From a virus (Duplodnaviria; Caudoviricetes), in the IMG/VR virus record IMGVR_UViG_3300032292_000198, positions 1-30,257 of that record: a DNA stretch of 30,257 bases. One strand, given 5' to 3'. Each line of letters begins with the position of its first letter. The stretch's first letter is position 1. Below the pieces are notes generated by a model. The model was not told the DNA's origin and did no database searches. It was given only the letters and a program-made list of their open reading frames with translations. Positions 8,885 through 17,353 of the stretch are shown here, one piece after another. A program made the translations under genes and the position numbers.

Positions 8885-10086
8885 CGTATAAAATATAAAC
8901 CTTTTGTTGGATTGTCTAATTGATATGCTACTGCGTAACGCAAAGCATCTATTGCGTGGTTGTGTTTGTCAATCGGTGTTTTTGACTTTTTTTCAAGCCA
9001 AGAATAGTTGTTTAGTTCTTTTATTAAATCTATGCTATCTTCTGTAATTACAAGGTCGTAATCCTGTAGTAAACTTATTCCGTAAATAACAGAGTCTGCC
9101 CCTTTAATTGTAGGTACAACGTTATTTCCAAGTGCGTTTAGTTCGCTTATTAATCGTGGTTCTGAATTGTCGCCTACTATTAAATCTTTACTTGCAAAGT
9201 CTGAATTTAACCTTGCTATTTGACTTGTGGTTAGTGCCTGTTTATAGTACAGTAGTTTAACGTAAATTATTTTGTTTGCTTTGTCTATGTTTGTCTTAAC
9301 TAACGTGGTTGGGTCTGCACTAAATCCGTAGTCTTGTCCGTATACACTTACTCCAATTTCTTTAAAGTCACCTATTTTCCAATTGGTAAATATAACTCCT
9401 TCAGCTTTATCTAACCAACCACCAAGTATTGTATGTTTGTATTTTTCAGGTCTTCGTTCTTTTATGTATTCAACCTGTTTTAAAAAAGACTCGGATAGGT
9501 TTTCTATATTGTCCAAGTACGTTGTGTGTATGTACGTGGTATCGTTTTTTATTAGTGTTGTGCCTTGTTCTATTCCCCTACTTTCAAAGAACTTGTCGTA
9601 TATGAAATGTTCTTTTGTCGTAGGATTTAGAATTAAAATAACTCGGTTTTGTTTTGTCTTGTGCCTTATGGATAAATCTATTTTGTCGAACGTGTCTTCG
9701 TCTGTAAGTTCTTCGGCTTCGTCAAGTACCCAAGTAGTAACTCCCTGTAAAGATTTTAAGTTTGCCGTTTGTGTTCCAGAACTTGTCTTTATTCCTTTGA
9801 ATATTATTTTGCTTCCTGTTTGTAGGTTTATTATTTCGTCTTTTGTTACGACAAAGTCTTGTTCCATTTGCATCAACTCAATCTTTTCTATAAATTCTGG
9901 AATGATTGAAATGGATGCCGAAACTAAAGTGTAACGTGTGAACAAAACAACGTGTCCGCTTTCCTTTGTAAGTAATAACAGGAACGTTGTAACGCTGTAA
10001 GACTTGGACGAACCGCGCCCACCTGTTACAATAAAGTAACGTGACTCGCTTCCAAGATAATTAAACTTTTTATTTAAGACTATCAA
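8881..10086 (-). CDS. terL: Terminase large subunit (PBSX/SPP1-like)
   Basis: Walker A GGRGSSKS, Walker B VLDEAEE, LNP motif, nuclease DYGF and NHAIDALRY; TTG start. Confidence 0.95.
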   Translation of the reverse strand: MIVLNKKFNYLGSESRYFIVTGGRGSSKSYSVTTFLLLLTKESGHVVLFTRYTLVSASISIIPEFIEKIELMQMEQDFVVTKDEIINLQTGSKIIFKGIKTSSGTQTANLKSLQGVTTWVLDEAEELTDEDTFDKIDLSIRHKTKQNRVILILNPTTKEHFIYDKFFESRGIEQGTTLIKNDTTYIHTTYLDNIENLSESFLKQVEYIKERRPEKYKHTILGGWLDKAEGVIFTNWKIGDFKEIGVSVYGQDYGFSADPTTLVKTNIDKANKIIYVKLLYYKQALTTSQIARLNSDFASKDLIVGDNSEPRLISELNALGNNVVPTIKGADSVIYGISLLQDYDLVITEDSIDLIKELNNYSWLEKKSKTPIDKHNHAIDALRYAVAYQLDNPTKGLYFIR

Positions 10087-10405
10087 TTTTAAATAAGTCT
10101 TTTACATCAAAGTCTGAAACAATTAAATTGGTATCTGTAGTTTGTTTAGGCGCACCGTAACCGCTATCCATTAGTGCTTTGTATGCTGAAACATCTCCGT
10201 CCCGCATTTTTTTAACCATTGCCAAAGTTCCCAAGTCTTCTTGACTTAAAGTTTCTTCAACGCCTGTTATTGGGTTCTTTGCCTTTTGTGTTGTTTCTAA
10301 CCAAAGACGTGCTATTGTGCTTCGGTTTCTACTTCCTTTAGGACGTCCGTTTTTTTCTGGTTGGTATTCCGCACTAAACTTTTTTAAATTTTCTTCGTTT
10401 GGCAT
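10070..10405 (-). CDS. terS: Terminase small subunit
   Basis: GRPKGSRN motif; immediately upstream of terL. Confidence 0.75.
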   Translation of the reverse strand: MPNEENLKKFSAEYQPEKNGRPKGSRNRSTIARLWLETTQKAKNPITGVEETLSQEDLGTLAMVKKMRDGDVSAYKALMDSGYGAPKQTTDTNLIVSDFDVKDLFKIDSLK

Positions 10406-10423
10406 TTTCTCGTTTTATTCTCG

Positions 10424-11641
10424 TTAATTTAAAATTTCTCCGTTGCGTTTAATTTCTAAACTTGGGTCTAACTTTTTCATTCGGTCAATTATAACTTGAC
10501 AATATTTTGGGTCTAACTCCATGCCATAGCATTTGCGTTTAAGTTGGTGTGAAGCTACCATAGTTGTTCCTGTTCCTAAAAATTGGTCTAATACAATATT
10601 TTTTTCTTTTGTAAATTGTAACGCCCATTCAGGTAAATCAATTGGAAAAGTAGCAGCGTGAACATTTGAAAATTCGTTATTTCTATTTGGTGCTCCCCTG
10701 TATATGTTTGGAACTGTTCCCCTAAAATTTGCATTTGGTATTGCTCTACTTGCGTTTTCTTTTGACGATATAAAAAACATATATTCCCAAGCTGATGTCA
10801 TTACATTTTCAGCCATAGCTGGTGCGCCGTGTCCTTTGTCCCAAATCGCAACATCAATAAAATTATTTTTGTATTGGTTTAAGTATTCTATTAATGCTAT
10901 TTTGTTTCCTGCAAGACTTTGAATATTACAAATTAAATAATCTGAAAATAATAAAGCATTGTTTGTAAATCCAACTAATAAATCTAAATAATCAGATTGT
11001 TTTTGATTGTCGTTGTATTCATTATATTTATTATCAGTTGTATGGGTGTTTCCGCTTAACATTTCGCTTTTTCCTGCGTTATATGGTGGACTTGTAAATG
11101 ATAAATTTGCTTTTTGTCCATTCATTAGCTTTGCCACTTGGTCGCTATCCGTACTATCCCCACAAAGTAAACGATGTTCGCCTATCTCAAATAAATCACC
11201 TAAAACAATATCGGTTGTTATTTCGTTTGGTATTTCGTAATTGTCTTCTTCAGCTTCTAATTCCTGAACGCTTAAATCTAACGGTAAGTCTAAACCCCAA
11301 TTCTCTAACTTATCGGTGTCCCATTCATTTGCTAAAATATCCCAATCCCACTCGCCAAAACCTACGTTGTCTTTTACTATGAATTCGTCTTTTTGTTGTT
11401 CGGTTAAATCTTTTGCTTGTACAATATAAACTTCTTTCAACCCTGCTTCAATACAAGCTTTGTGTCGCATATTTCCACCTAAAATTATATTGTTTTCATC
11501 TACTACAATTGGTCGTAGTTCTAACATTTGTGGAAACTCCTTAATTGAATTGACTAACTTTTTAAACTTGTCGTCTTTAATTAAACGTGGGTTCTTTGGG
11601 TTCGTCTTTATGCTGTTAATCTTTACTTTTGTTACTTGCAT
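10424..11641 (-). CDS. ParB/Srx-domain fused N4/N6 DNA methyltransferase
   Basis: N-terminal NPKNPR and GGNMR (ParB-like); HRLLCGDS, TSPPY, HAATFP, FLGTGTT and GMELDPKY. Confidence 0.92.
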   Translation of the reverse strand: MQVTKVKINSIKTNPKNPRLIKDDKFKKLVNSIKEFPQMLELRPIVVDENNIILGGNMRHKACIEAGLKEVYIVQAKDLTEQQKDEFIVKDNVGFGEWDWDILANEWDTDKLENWGLDLPLDLSVQELEAEEDNYEIPNEITTDIVLGDLFEIGEHRLLCGDSTDSDQVAKLMNGQKANLSFTSPPYNAGKSEMLSGNTHTTDNKYNEYNDNQKQSDYLDLLVGFTNNALLFSDYLICNIQSLAGNKIALIEYLNQYKNNFIDVAIWDKGHGAPAMAENVMTSAWEYMFFISSKENASRAIPNANFRGTVPNIYRGAPNRNNEFSNVHAATFPIDLPEWALQFTKEKNIVLDQFLGTGTTMVASHQLKRKCYGMELDPKYCQVIIDRMKKLDPSLEIKRNGEILN

Positions 11642-11774
11642 TTATTTCGTTTTGTGTTTTCCTTCTTAAATTTCTTAAAGGTTGTGTAATTTCTAAATGT
11701 TTAATATTGGTTACTATCCATTCTTTGTTTGCTCCTTTTTTATTTAAGTATTCTATTGCTTCAGTCAACCGCAT
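11616..11774 (-). CDS. Small hypothetical protein (52 aa)
   Basis: Hand-translated MRLTEAIEYLNKKGANKEWIVTNIKHLE...; fills the gap between genes. Confidence 0.55.
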   Translation of the reverse strand: MRLTEAIEYLNKKGANKEWIVTNIKHLEITQPLRNLRRKTQNEINASNKSKD

Positions 11775-12153
11775 TTTCTTCTGTTATTACTTCTTCTGTT
11801 TGTTCTGGACTGTATTCGTTATAAATTACTCTTAACTTACTTACTAAATCACGAAGACAACTTGAACAGGTGCTGAAGGTTAAACGTTGGTTTAGTACTC
11901 TGTTGTTTATTGCTATTAGACTTGTTTGTTCGTCGCTTGTAAGTGTGTTCGTGTTTTGCTTAAAATAAGTGTCTAACGTGTTAAACTCGTCTTCTGTTAA
12001 ACACAACGGTTTTGCATACGGAAATAGTTTATTTAACTTTTCTTTTCTTTCGTCACATCCGCAGTCTTCACCTGCAATAAATTTAACAAGTTTGTCTATT
12101 CCTGTTGCTTCTGTAATTTTTGCGATTGTGTCGCCTAATCCTTTACTTTTCAT
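11761..12153 (-). CDS. Hypothetical protein with CGC and CSSC motifs (possible Zn binding)
   Basis: GLGDTIAKIT...DCGCDERKEKLN; coupled to the sigma gene by an ATGA overlap. Confidence 0.75.
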   Translation of the reverse strand: MKSKGLGDTIAKITEATGIDKLVKFIAGEDCGCDERKEKLNKLFPYAKPLCLTEDEFNTLDTYFKQNTNTLTSDEQTSLIAINNRVLNQRLTFSTCSSCLRDLVSKLRVIYNEYSPEQTEEVITEENAVD

Positions 12154-12689
12154 TTTTTCTTTTTTATTAGTTCGTAATCTTGGTTTATAAAATCTTGGTA
12201 GTCTTCACCTACGTTATTTTTAATTCGTTTTTTACAAGTCTTAACAGTATTAAATATACTTGTTACACTTATGTTAGTTTCACTACTTATTTGTCGTAAA
12301 CTTTTATTCGTGTTTTTGTATAACTCAAATAATTGTTTGTCGTACCAATGCCAACTATCACATTCTAAATCTACGTTATTCAGCAAGTCGTTGTAAGCTT
12401 CGTTTTCTTCTGTGTTGTTTTCTTCTGCTAAATTATATACATCGTCTAAAGGTATAAATTTAATTTTGTTGTTTTTGTTCACGTGCTGAAGGAAAGTATT
12501 TTTTAAAGCTAACCACATATACCCCTTACTTATGTTTCCGTCTTTGAATAGTTTTTCTTCGCTGCTCCATTTGTACAACATTATGTACGTTTCCTGTACT
12601 ATGTCTTCTGCAAAGAAATATTCGCCAAAAGTGTTTACCATTTTAACCCATTCGTTGTGATGTTTTGCAACTTTAGTTAACCATTCCAA
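12150..12689 (-). CDS. Phage-encoded RNA polymerase sigma factor (sigma70/ECF-like)
   Basis: Region 2 AEDIVQETYI and region 4 HTH SLRQISSETNISVTSIFNTVK; start may be the ATG at 12697 region or this TTG. Confidence 0.85.
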   Translation of the reverse strand: MEWLTKVAKHHNEWVKMVNTFGEYFFAEDIVQETYIMLYKWSSEEKLFKDGNISKGYMWLALKNTFLQHVNKNNKIKFIPLDDVYNLAEENNTEENEAYNDLLNNVDLECDSWHWYDKQLFELYKNTNKSLRQISSETNISVTSIFNTVKTCKKRIKNNVGEDYQDFINQDYELIKKKK

Positions 12690-12712
12690 TTTTTCATTGT
12701 TTAGATATTAAG

Positions 12713-12720
12713 CAAATGTA
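12713..12720 (-). promoter_or_regulatory. Host sigma-A -7 element (TACATTTG) for the sigma gene
   Basis: TAnnTTTG lying just downstream of a terminator and upstream of the gene. Confidence 0.6.
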
Positions 12721-12777
12721 TGATTAATTTTTCAACAATAAACAAACGAATTTATTAACAATTAGTTGTGTAGAACG

Positions 12778-12806
12778 AAAAAAGCGCAAACAATTAAGTC
12801 TGCGCC
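12778..12806 (-). terminator. Rho-independent terminator ending the early/middle operon
   Basis: GGCGCAGAC-ttaatt-GTTTGCGCT followed by a T run. Confidence 0.8.
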
Positions 12807-12827
12807 TACGTTTTTAAGTTAAAAATT

Positions 12828-13019
12828 TTATCTATTTACGAAGTAATCTATTTTTTTAAGCGTTGAAAGTGAAACGTCTTTGCCCTGAAGAAAATTAGTA
12901 AGCTGGAAAAAATGAAATTTATTTCCTTTGTCTTGTATTTCTTTTACTATGCTGTTTCGTTTTTTAAAAGCTAAAATCTTTTTCAATTCCTTGCGTAACT
13001 GTTCGTCTTGTATGTACAT
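12828..13019 (-). CDS. Small HTH (Cro/XRE-like) protein
   Basis: QLTNFLQGKDVSLSTLKKI resembles the C-terminal helices of XRE HTH domains. Confidence 0.6.
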   Translation of the reverse strand: MYIQDEQLRKELKKILAFKKRNSIVKEIQDKGNKFHFFQLTNFLQGKDVSLSTLKKIDYFVNR

Positions 13020-13020
13020 A

Positions 13021-13275
13021 TCAAAACGGTAAATCGTCGTTTACATCCAATGTTTGAATTTGTGGCTCATTATTTTTTATTTGTGGCTCATTCTTTACAA
13101 ATGGTTCACTAAAACTTACTGAAAAGAATTTAACTCCTTTTGCTGAAGTTTTCATCCATAACGCTATTTCCATATCCTTGCCGTTTACGTTTACTTTACC
13201 TTTGTAATCTGGGTGGTTTTCCGCTTTTTTGTTGTCGTTTTTAAAGATTGCTCCTGTGTTGTTTCTTGTTTCCAT
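13021..13275 (-). CDS. Single-stranded DNA-binding protein (DUF736-like OB fold)
   Basis: GAIFKN..HPDYKG..IALW motif and acidic DDLPF tail. Confidence 0.8.
   Translation of the reverse strand: METRNNTGAIFKNDNKKAENHPDYKGKVNVNGKDMEIALWMKTSAKGVKFFSVSFSEPFVKNEPQIKNNEPQIQTLDVNDDLPF
13058..13092. repeat. 14-bp direct repeat in the SSB linker (NEPQI x2)
   Basis: ATTTGTGGCTCATT at 13058-13071 and 13079-13092. Confidence 0.85.
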
Positions 13276-13277
13276 TT

Positions 13278-13442
13278 TTATTTGTTTTTTTCTGTTATAA
13301 ATTCTAATGTTTTACTATCAATGTATTCTTGTACTTCTAACCATTGTTCAACGGTTACTGAATTTGGCAAGGTTGTTTCCCAATATAAACGCCAAAAAGA
13401 CGTAGTATCTTGACCGCTTACAATTTGTTCTTGTATTTTCAT
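13278..13442 (-). CDS. Small hypothetical protein (54 aa)
   Basis: Hand-translated MKIQEQIVSGQDTTSFWRLYWETTLPNS...; fills the gap between genes. Confidence 0.65.
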   Translation of the reverse strand: MKIQEQIVSGQDTTSFWRLYWETTLPNSVTVEQWLEVQEYIDSKTLEFITEKNK

Positions 13443-13447
13443 ATTAT

Positions 13448-13654
13448 TTATTTAGATTGTTTGTATTCGTGTTTTAGTCGCTCCAAGTATAGAACAAAGT
13501 CCATAGCTTCTTCTTGTGCGTGTGTAAGCCATTCTAACGTTGTTAAATCCGTTCGCTCTAACGTTGTTTGGTATTTCTTTATTCCAGCTTCTGAACGTTC
13601 TTTGAATTTAGCCATAACGCTTAAAACGTTTTTGTCTTGTATTTGTATGTTCAT
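13448..13654 (-). CDS. Conserved phage hypothetical protein (GIKKY..TL.R.DL...EW..HAQEE.MD..LY type)
   Basis: Start revised to the ATG at 13654 (ATGA overlap, AACTATG context). Confidence 0.75.
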   Translation of the reverse strand: MNIQIQDKNVLSVMAKFKERSEAGIKKYQTTLERTDLTTLEWLTHAQEEAMDFVLYLERLKHEYKQSK

Positions 13655-13866
13655 AGTTTTTCTATTTCTTGTTTGACTTCGTTCCAATAATCAATTGTAG
13701 CATAATGTGATGCCATCCATAAAACAGTATCAACCGCTATTAATGCACATTGTTTTGTTAATTCTTTGGCTTCTGACATTAATACTAAACCAGTTACAAA
13801 TTGTTTTCCTGCTATTATTGGTCTATATTTCCAAAATAACTCATCTGCTTTCTCTTGTGGTGTCAT
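13651..13866 (-). CDS. Hypothetical protein (MTPQEKA...KQCALIAVD...YWNEVKQEIEKL)
   Basis: Start revised to the ATG at 13866; overlap-coupled on both sides. Confidence 0.75.
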   Translation of the reverse strand: MTPQEKADELFWKYRPIIAGKQFVTGLVLMSEAKELTKQCALIAVDTVLWMASHYATIDYWNEVKQEIEKL

Positions 13867-13955
13867 ATCAGCCAATTAAATAAATTGTAAATACCAACGG
13901 CAGCAAACCCATAAATTGCTATCCAAATAATAATTGCTATTGCTTTTTCTTTCAT
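13863..13955 (-). CDS. 30-aa single-pass membrane peptide
   Basis: MKEKAIAIIIWIAIYGFAAVGIYNLFNWLI; ATGA overlaps at both ends. Confidence 0.65.
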   Translation of the reverse strand: MKEKAIAIIIWIAIYGFAAVGIYNLFNWLI

Positions 13956-14152
13956 ATTTTCACGTTGTTTTCGTTAATAAATTCGTTTAGTTTTTTTCTT
14001 ACTTCAAACATTGGTTCGTTACCGTTGTATTTGTATTCGCTTCTTAACCAATTGTCAAACTCCGTAAGTGCTGAATAATAATTAATTCCGTTGTTTGCAA
14101 AGTCAAAATCTTCTTTGTCTTCCGGCAGGTTAAATTCAAGTATTGCTTTCAT
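13952..14152 (-). CDS. Hypothetical protein (MKAILEFNLPED type)
   Basis: ORF track; overlap-coupled. Confidence 0.75.
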   Translation of the reverse strand: MKAILEFNLPEDKEDFDFANNGINYYSALTEFDNWLRSEYKYNGNEPMFEVRKKLNEFINENNVKI

Positions 14153-14820
14153 ATTGTTTCTATTAAACTGTTAAAATAAATTCTTGCTTCTTCAACCTTG
14201 TTTTGTATTTCCCAAATTACTGTTTCATCACGTTCAATTTTAAAAACTTTTACTTTTGTTTGTTCTGGCAAATGGTCAAAGTTATGTTTCTTTTCTACGT
14301 ATTCTCTAATTTCTGCGTCTTCGTCAATTTTAAAATGTTTCCAGTGTTCACGTCTAATTTCGTCTTCAACTATTTCTAACGGAGTATTGACTAAACAATA
14401 ACAAAGTAGTGCTTCGGTCTTTCCTGTTAACCACATATAACCCTGTAGTTGATAGTAATAATCTTTAGTAGGTATTTCGTCTTCAAAGAACGGAAACGTG
14501 TGCGCTTCGTAACTGCATTTAATGTCAAGTAAAATTTCATTCGTGTTTACGTCCGGTGTTCCTGTTATCCATTCGTTGTTAAAATGTTCTTCGTTCTTAA
14601 ATATAAACCCTAAACCTAAAACATCGTTTACCAAGCTAATTGCTTCGTCTTCGCATTGTAAACCTTTGTCCGTATATCGTGAACTAAACTCTTTTTTAAT
14701 TCCATATTTGTGTTCTAAAACAAGTTCTTGGATGTAACTCTTTGCTGTTTTGCTTAATGTTTCTGCCTTTGTGCGTGGAGCGGTCATTAACCGCCCCAAT
14801 GCTGAACAACGTATTTTCAT
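14149..14820 (-). CDS. YqaJ/lambda-exonuclease-like PD-(D/E)XK nuclease
   Basis: IRCS, GTPD, DIKCS and YYYQLQGYM; follows ERF. Confidence 0.85.
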   Translation of the reverse strand: MKIRCSALGRLMTAPRTKAETLSKTAKSYIQELVLEHKYGIKKEFSSRYTDKGLQCEDEAISLVNDVLGLGFIFKNEEHFNNEWITGTPDVNTNEILLDIKCSYEAHTFPFFEDEIPTKDYYYQLQGYMWLTGKTEALLCYCLVNTPLEIVEDEIRREHWKHFKIDEDAEIREYVEKKHNFDHLPEQTKVKVFKIERDETVIWEIQNKVEEARIYFNSLIETI

Positions 14821-15332
14821 ACTTCTAACGTTTTTAATTGTGCAGGTGTTAAACTAAACTTTGTTGTTAGTTCTTCAACTGTATATTCTCCTTTGCTAAT
14901 TGCGTCAATAGCTTTTTGAAAACGTGCGTTGTCTATTGTAGATTTTTTAGGTTCGTGTTTTACTTGTTCTCCAGAAGCGTCTGTGTCTTTGTCCGTAACT
15001 AAACCAAGCATTGAACTTAAAGCATATCTACGCAAATAAGTAATTGCACTTCCTAAAACTTGGAACTCGTTCATTCCTTTTAAAATTACTCCTTGCGGTA
15101 TGTCAATTTTACTTTCGATACTTTCTGCGCTTTCAACGTGAAATAAACAAGTTGCAATTTGTGTTCCGTTAATTAGTTGTGTAAATCCTAAACCGTGTTT
15201 TTTTAGTAGTGGGTTAATTACTTCAAAAATTTTCGGAAGGTCTGCATAGGTGTAACCGTAACCTTGTGTTGCTTTGTGAATAACAGGAACTTCTTGTTGG
15301 AACGCTGCTAAACTTTTAAATAAATGTTTCAT
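14817..15332 (-). CDS. erf: ERF-family single-strand annealing protein
   Basis: YTYADL and the GSAITYLRRYAL..GL..DKDTD signature. Confidence 0.92.
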   Translation of the reverse strand: MKHLFKSLAAFQQEVPVIHKATQGYGYTYADLPKIFEVINPLLKKHGLGFTQLINGTQIATCLFHVESAESIESKIDIPQGVILKGMNEFQVLGSAITYLRRYALSSMLGLVTDKDTDASGEQVKHEPKKSTIDNARFQKAIDAISKGEYTVEELTTKFSLTPAQLKTLEV

Positions 15333-15361
15333 AGTTAAATAATTTAAGTTAATAATATATG

Positions 15362-15391
15362 CAAATATAAATAAAGTTATTTAATAAACAA
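15362..15391 (-). promoter_or_regulatory. Host sigma-A promoter (TTG-N19-TATATTTG) for the recombination operon
   Basis: Bacteroidota -33/-7 consensus; 17 bp identical to the promoter at 20631. Confidence 0.75.
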
Positions 15392-15397
15392 CTATTT

Positions 15398-15754
15398 TTA
15401 ATAAATATTTTCAAAAAAAATTGTAATCGGTAGTAAAATGCCTTTGCTTGTGTTATTGTCACCGCCTAAAACATCTCGGTTTGTTCCTACCCATTTCCTA
15501 CAGTGTTCTTTTAATTTGTGCGTTTTTATAATTACGCAGTGAACATCGCTGAACCAAAAACAATAATAGTCGGCTTCGGTTGTTGCTATTCCTGAAGGTT
15601 TGCCCCTACTTTCATATTCTACAAAAACGTTTTTAGTTTCTAAACAACGAAAGTCGCGTTTAACTTCTACTTTTTTTTGCAGTAAATTCCCAAGTTCTTT
15701 TTCATAAACTTGTCCTACTTCTAAATCGTGTTTAAAGTCGTTGTTATAATTCAT
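15398..15754 (-). CDS. Putative PD-(D/E)XK-fold nuclease-like protein
   Basis: G..YE, VEVKRD, N.FVEY and PSGI..T.AD motifs. Confidence 0.6.
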   Translation of the reverse strand: MNYNNDFKHDLEVGQVYEKELGNLLQKKVEVKRDFRCLETKNVFVEYESRGKPSGIATTEADYYCFWFSDVHCVIIKTHKLKEHCRKWVGTNRDVLGGDNNTSKGILLPITIFFENIY

Positions 15755-16272
15755 TTTAATTTTTGTTTATATGTTTCTATTAATTCTTTTAGTTCGTCTT
15801 TCGTCCATTTTTTAACATCGTGTGCTTTCGCCTGAAGCTCCATTAATCTTTGCGCTCCTATTCGTTTTTCTATACCTATTTGATAGTTCAACAGATTACC
15901 ACTTAAATAAGTGTTACAAGCTTCGCATTGCAAGTGTACGTTGTCTTCGTTAAACCTTACGTTACTGTGTCCACCTTGCGAATAGTAGTGACCTGCGTTT
16001 TCTTTTTTACAAGGTTTGTTACACGATATACAATTTAGTCCAGCGTCACGAACACGAATAAATTTGTTGAACACCTGTTGCGCTATTTTTAAATAATCGT
16101 TTGCGGTTTTTAAGTCTTCAACTAATTTTTTTTTCTTCTTGTTCCATTCCTTTAACTTTTGTGTTTCAACCATTGCTTTTATACATTCGTTTTTTAAACA
16201 AAACTTTTGTAGTGTGCTGAACGGTGTAAATTCTTTTTTGCAGTTGAAACATTTTTTAGTTCGTGTTTTCAA
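15751..16272 (-). CDS. ninG: NinG/Rap-like recombination endonuclease
   Basis: N-terminal Cys cluster, FNKFIRVRD..CISC, AGHY and NVHLQCEACN. Confidence 0.9.
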   Translation of the reverse strand: MKTRTKKCFNCKKEFTPFSTLQKFCLKNECIKAMVETQKLKEWNKKKKKLVEDLKTANDYLKIAQQVFNKFIRVRDAGLNCISCNKPCKKENAGHYYSQGGHSNVRFNEDNVHLQCEACNTYLSGNLLNYQIGIEKRIGAQRLMELQAKAHDVKKWTKDELKELIETYKQKLK

Positions 16273-16559
16273 AGTTCCAAGTTGTTAAATTCAATTTGTC
16301 TTTTAAGGTTTTGTATTTCTTGTTTTTGTTCCAAATTTAACCGCTCTAAATTAAAATTCATTTGCCTTGCAGTTCTAAATTCTTTTTCCAAGACTTCATA
16401 AACAACCATTGCTCGTCTTATGTCTTTTAAAGAACTTTGCATTGAAGTTATTAAATCAGTTCTTTTTGGGTGGTTCGTTTTTATCTCGTATAAACTAATT
16501 TCTAATTTTATACAGGTGTGGTTTAAGTTTATTCTACTGCTTAATAATTCAAGTTCCAT
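16269..16559 (-). CDS. Hypothetical coiled-coil protein
   Basis: ORF track; tightly packed in the operon. Confidence 0.7.
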   Translation of the reverse strand: MELELLSSRINLNHTCIKLEISLYEIKTNHPKRTDLITSMQSSLKDIRRAMVVYEVLEKEFRTARQMNFNLERLNLEQKQEIQNLKRQIEFNNLEL

Positions 16560-16560
16560 T

Positions 16561-17352
16561 TTAAAAAAGTTTTAGTTGTTTCATAGTTGTATATCCGTTT
16601 AATACTCGTTCCGTGTTTTTGTCAATAATATCTGCAAATTCTATTTCGCAAAAAGTACCGCAGTCTGGAACTATTGGTGGTTCGTGTTTTCCTTCGTTAG
16701 GTTTTAAATCTTTTAAAAATTTATTTTTTATGCAAGTCGCTCCAATTTTTTGTTCTAAATTACTCATTTTTTCAAATGTTTCTGGAAAGTGTTTTTTAAC
16801 GTGATTCCAATAACCTTTCCCACCTTTAACGCAACCAATACAATTATTGTTATGAAAACCTAACTCATACATTTTAGGTAGTTTAATTCCGTTAATTAAC
16901 AAAATTTCTGCACATTGACTTTTAGTTATTTTTCTATCAATTAACGGGTACAAAGGTTTAACGTCAGAATATTGTTGACTAAACCTAATTGCTCTATTTA
17001 TTTCTTTTTTTTCAAATTCAAAACCAAATATTTGTCCGTCAAAATTATTGCTTTTTTCAATTGCAAACCTTACATTTTTTTTTAAATGCAAAGTACAAGG
17101 CGCTCCATTAACTCCGTTTACATATTTAATTTTTTCTATTACTTCAAACTGGTCTTTAAATTTTTTTGATTGAATTTTATTTATTTTTTTACCAATCCAT
17201 TTTTCGCAATCTAAAATAAATCGTTCGTTGTCTTCGTGCGCTGAATTAATAACAATATAAAATAATTCAACGTTGTCTTTTCCGTATTCATCTACTGCAA
17301 GTTTACAAGCTACTGCGCTTGTTACTCCACAACTAAACCAAGCTACTTTCAT
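16561..17352 (-). CDS. PAPS reductase / adenine nucleotide alpha-hydrolase family protein
   Basis: PP-loop-like WFSCGVTSA; GAPCT, YPL, MYELGF.NNNCIGCVKGG and DCGTFC. Confidence 0.8.
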   Translation of the reverse strand: MKVAWFSCGVTSAVACKLAVDEYGKDNVELFYIVINSAHEDNERFILDCEKWIGKKINKIQSKKFKDQFEVIEKIKYVNGVNGAPCTLHLKKNVRFAIEKSNNFDGQIFGFEFEKKEINRAIRFSQQYSDVKPLYPLIDRKITKSQCAEILLINGIKLPKMYELGFHNNNCIGCVKGGKGYWNHVKKHFPETFEKMSNLEQKIGATCIKNKFLKDLKPNEGKHEPPIVPDCGTFCEIEFADIIDKNTERVLNGYTTMKQLKLF

Positions 17353-17353
17353 T

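Noticed and set aside
13058-13092. SSB linker duplication as a regulatory repeat
   Set aside because: An in-frame 21-nt slippage in a disordered linker is ordinary
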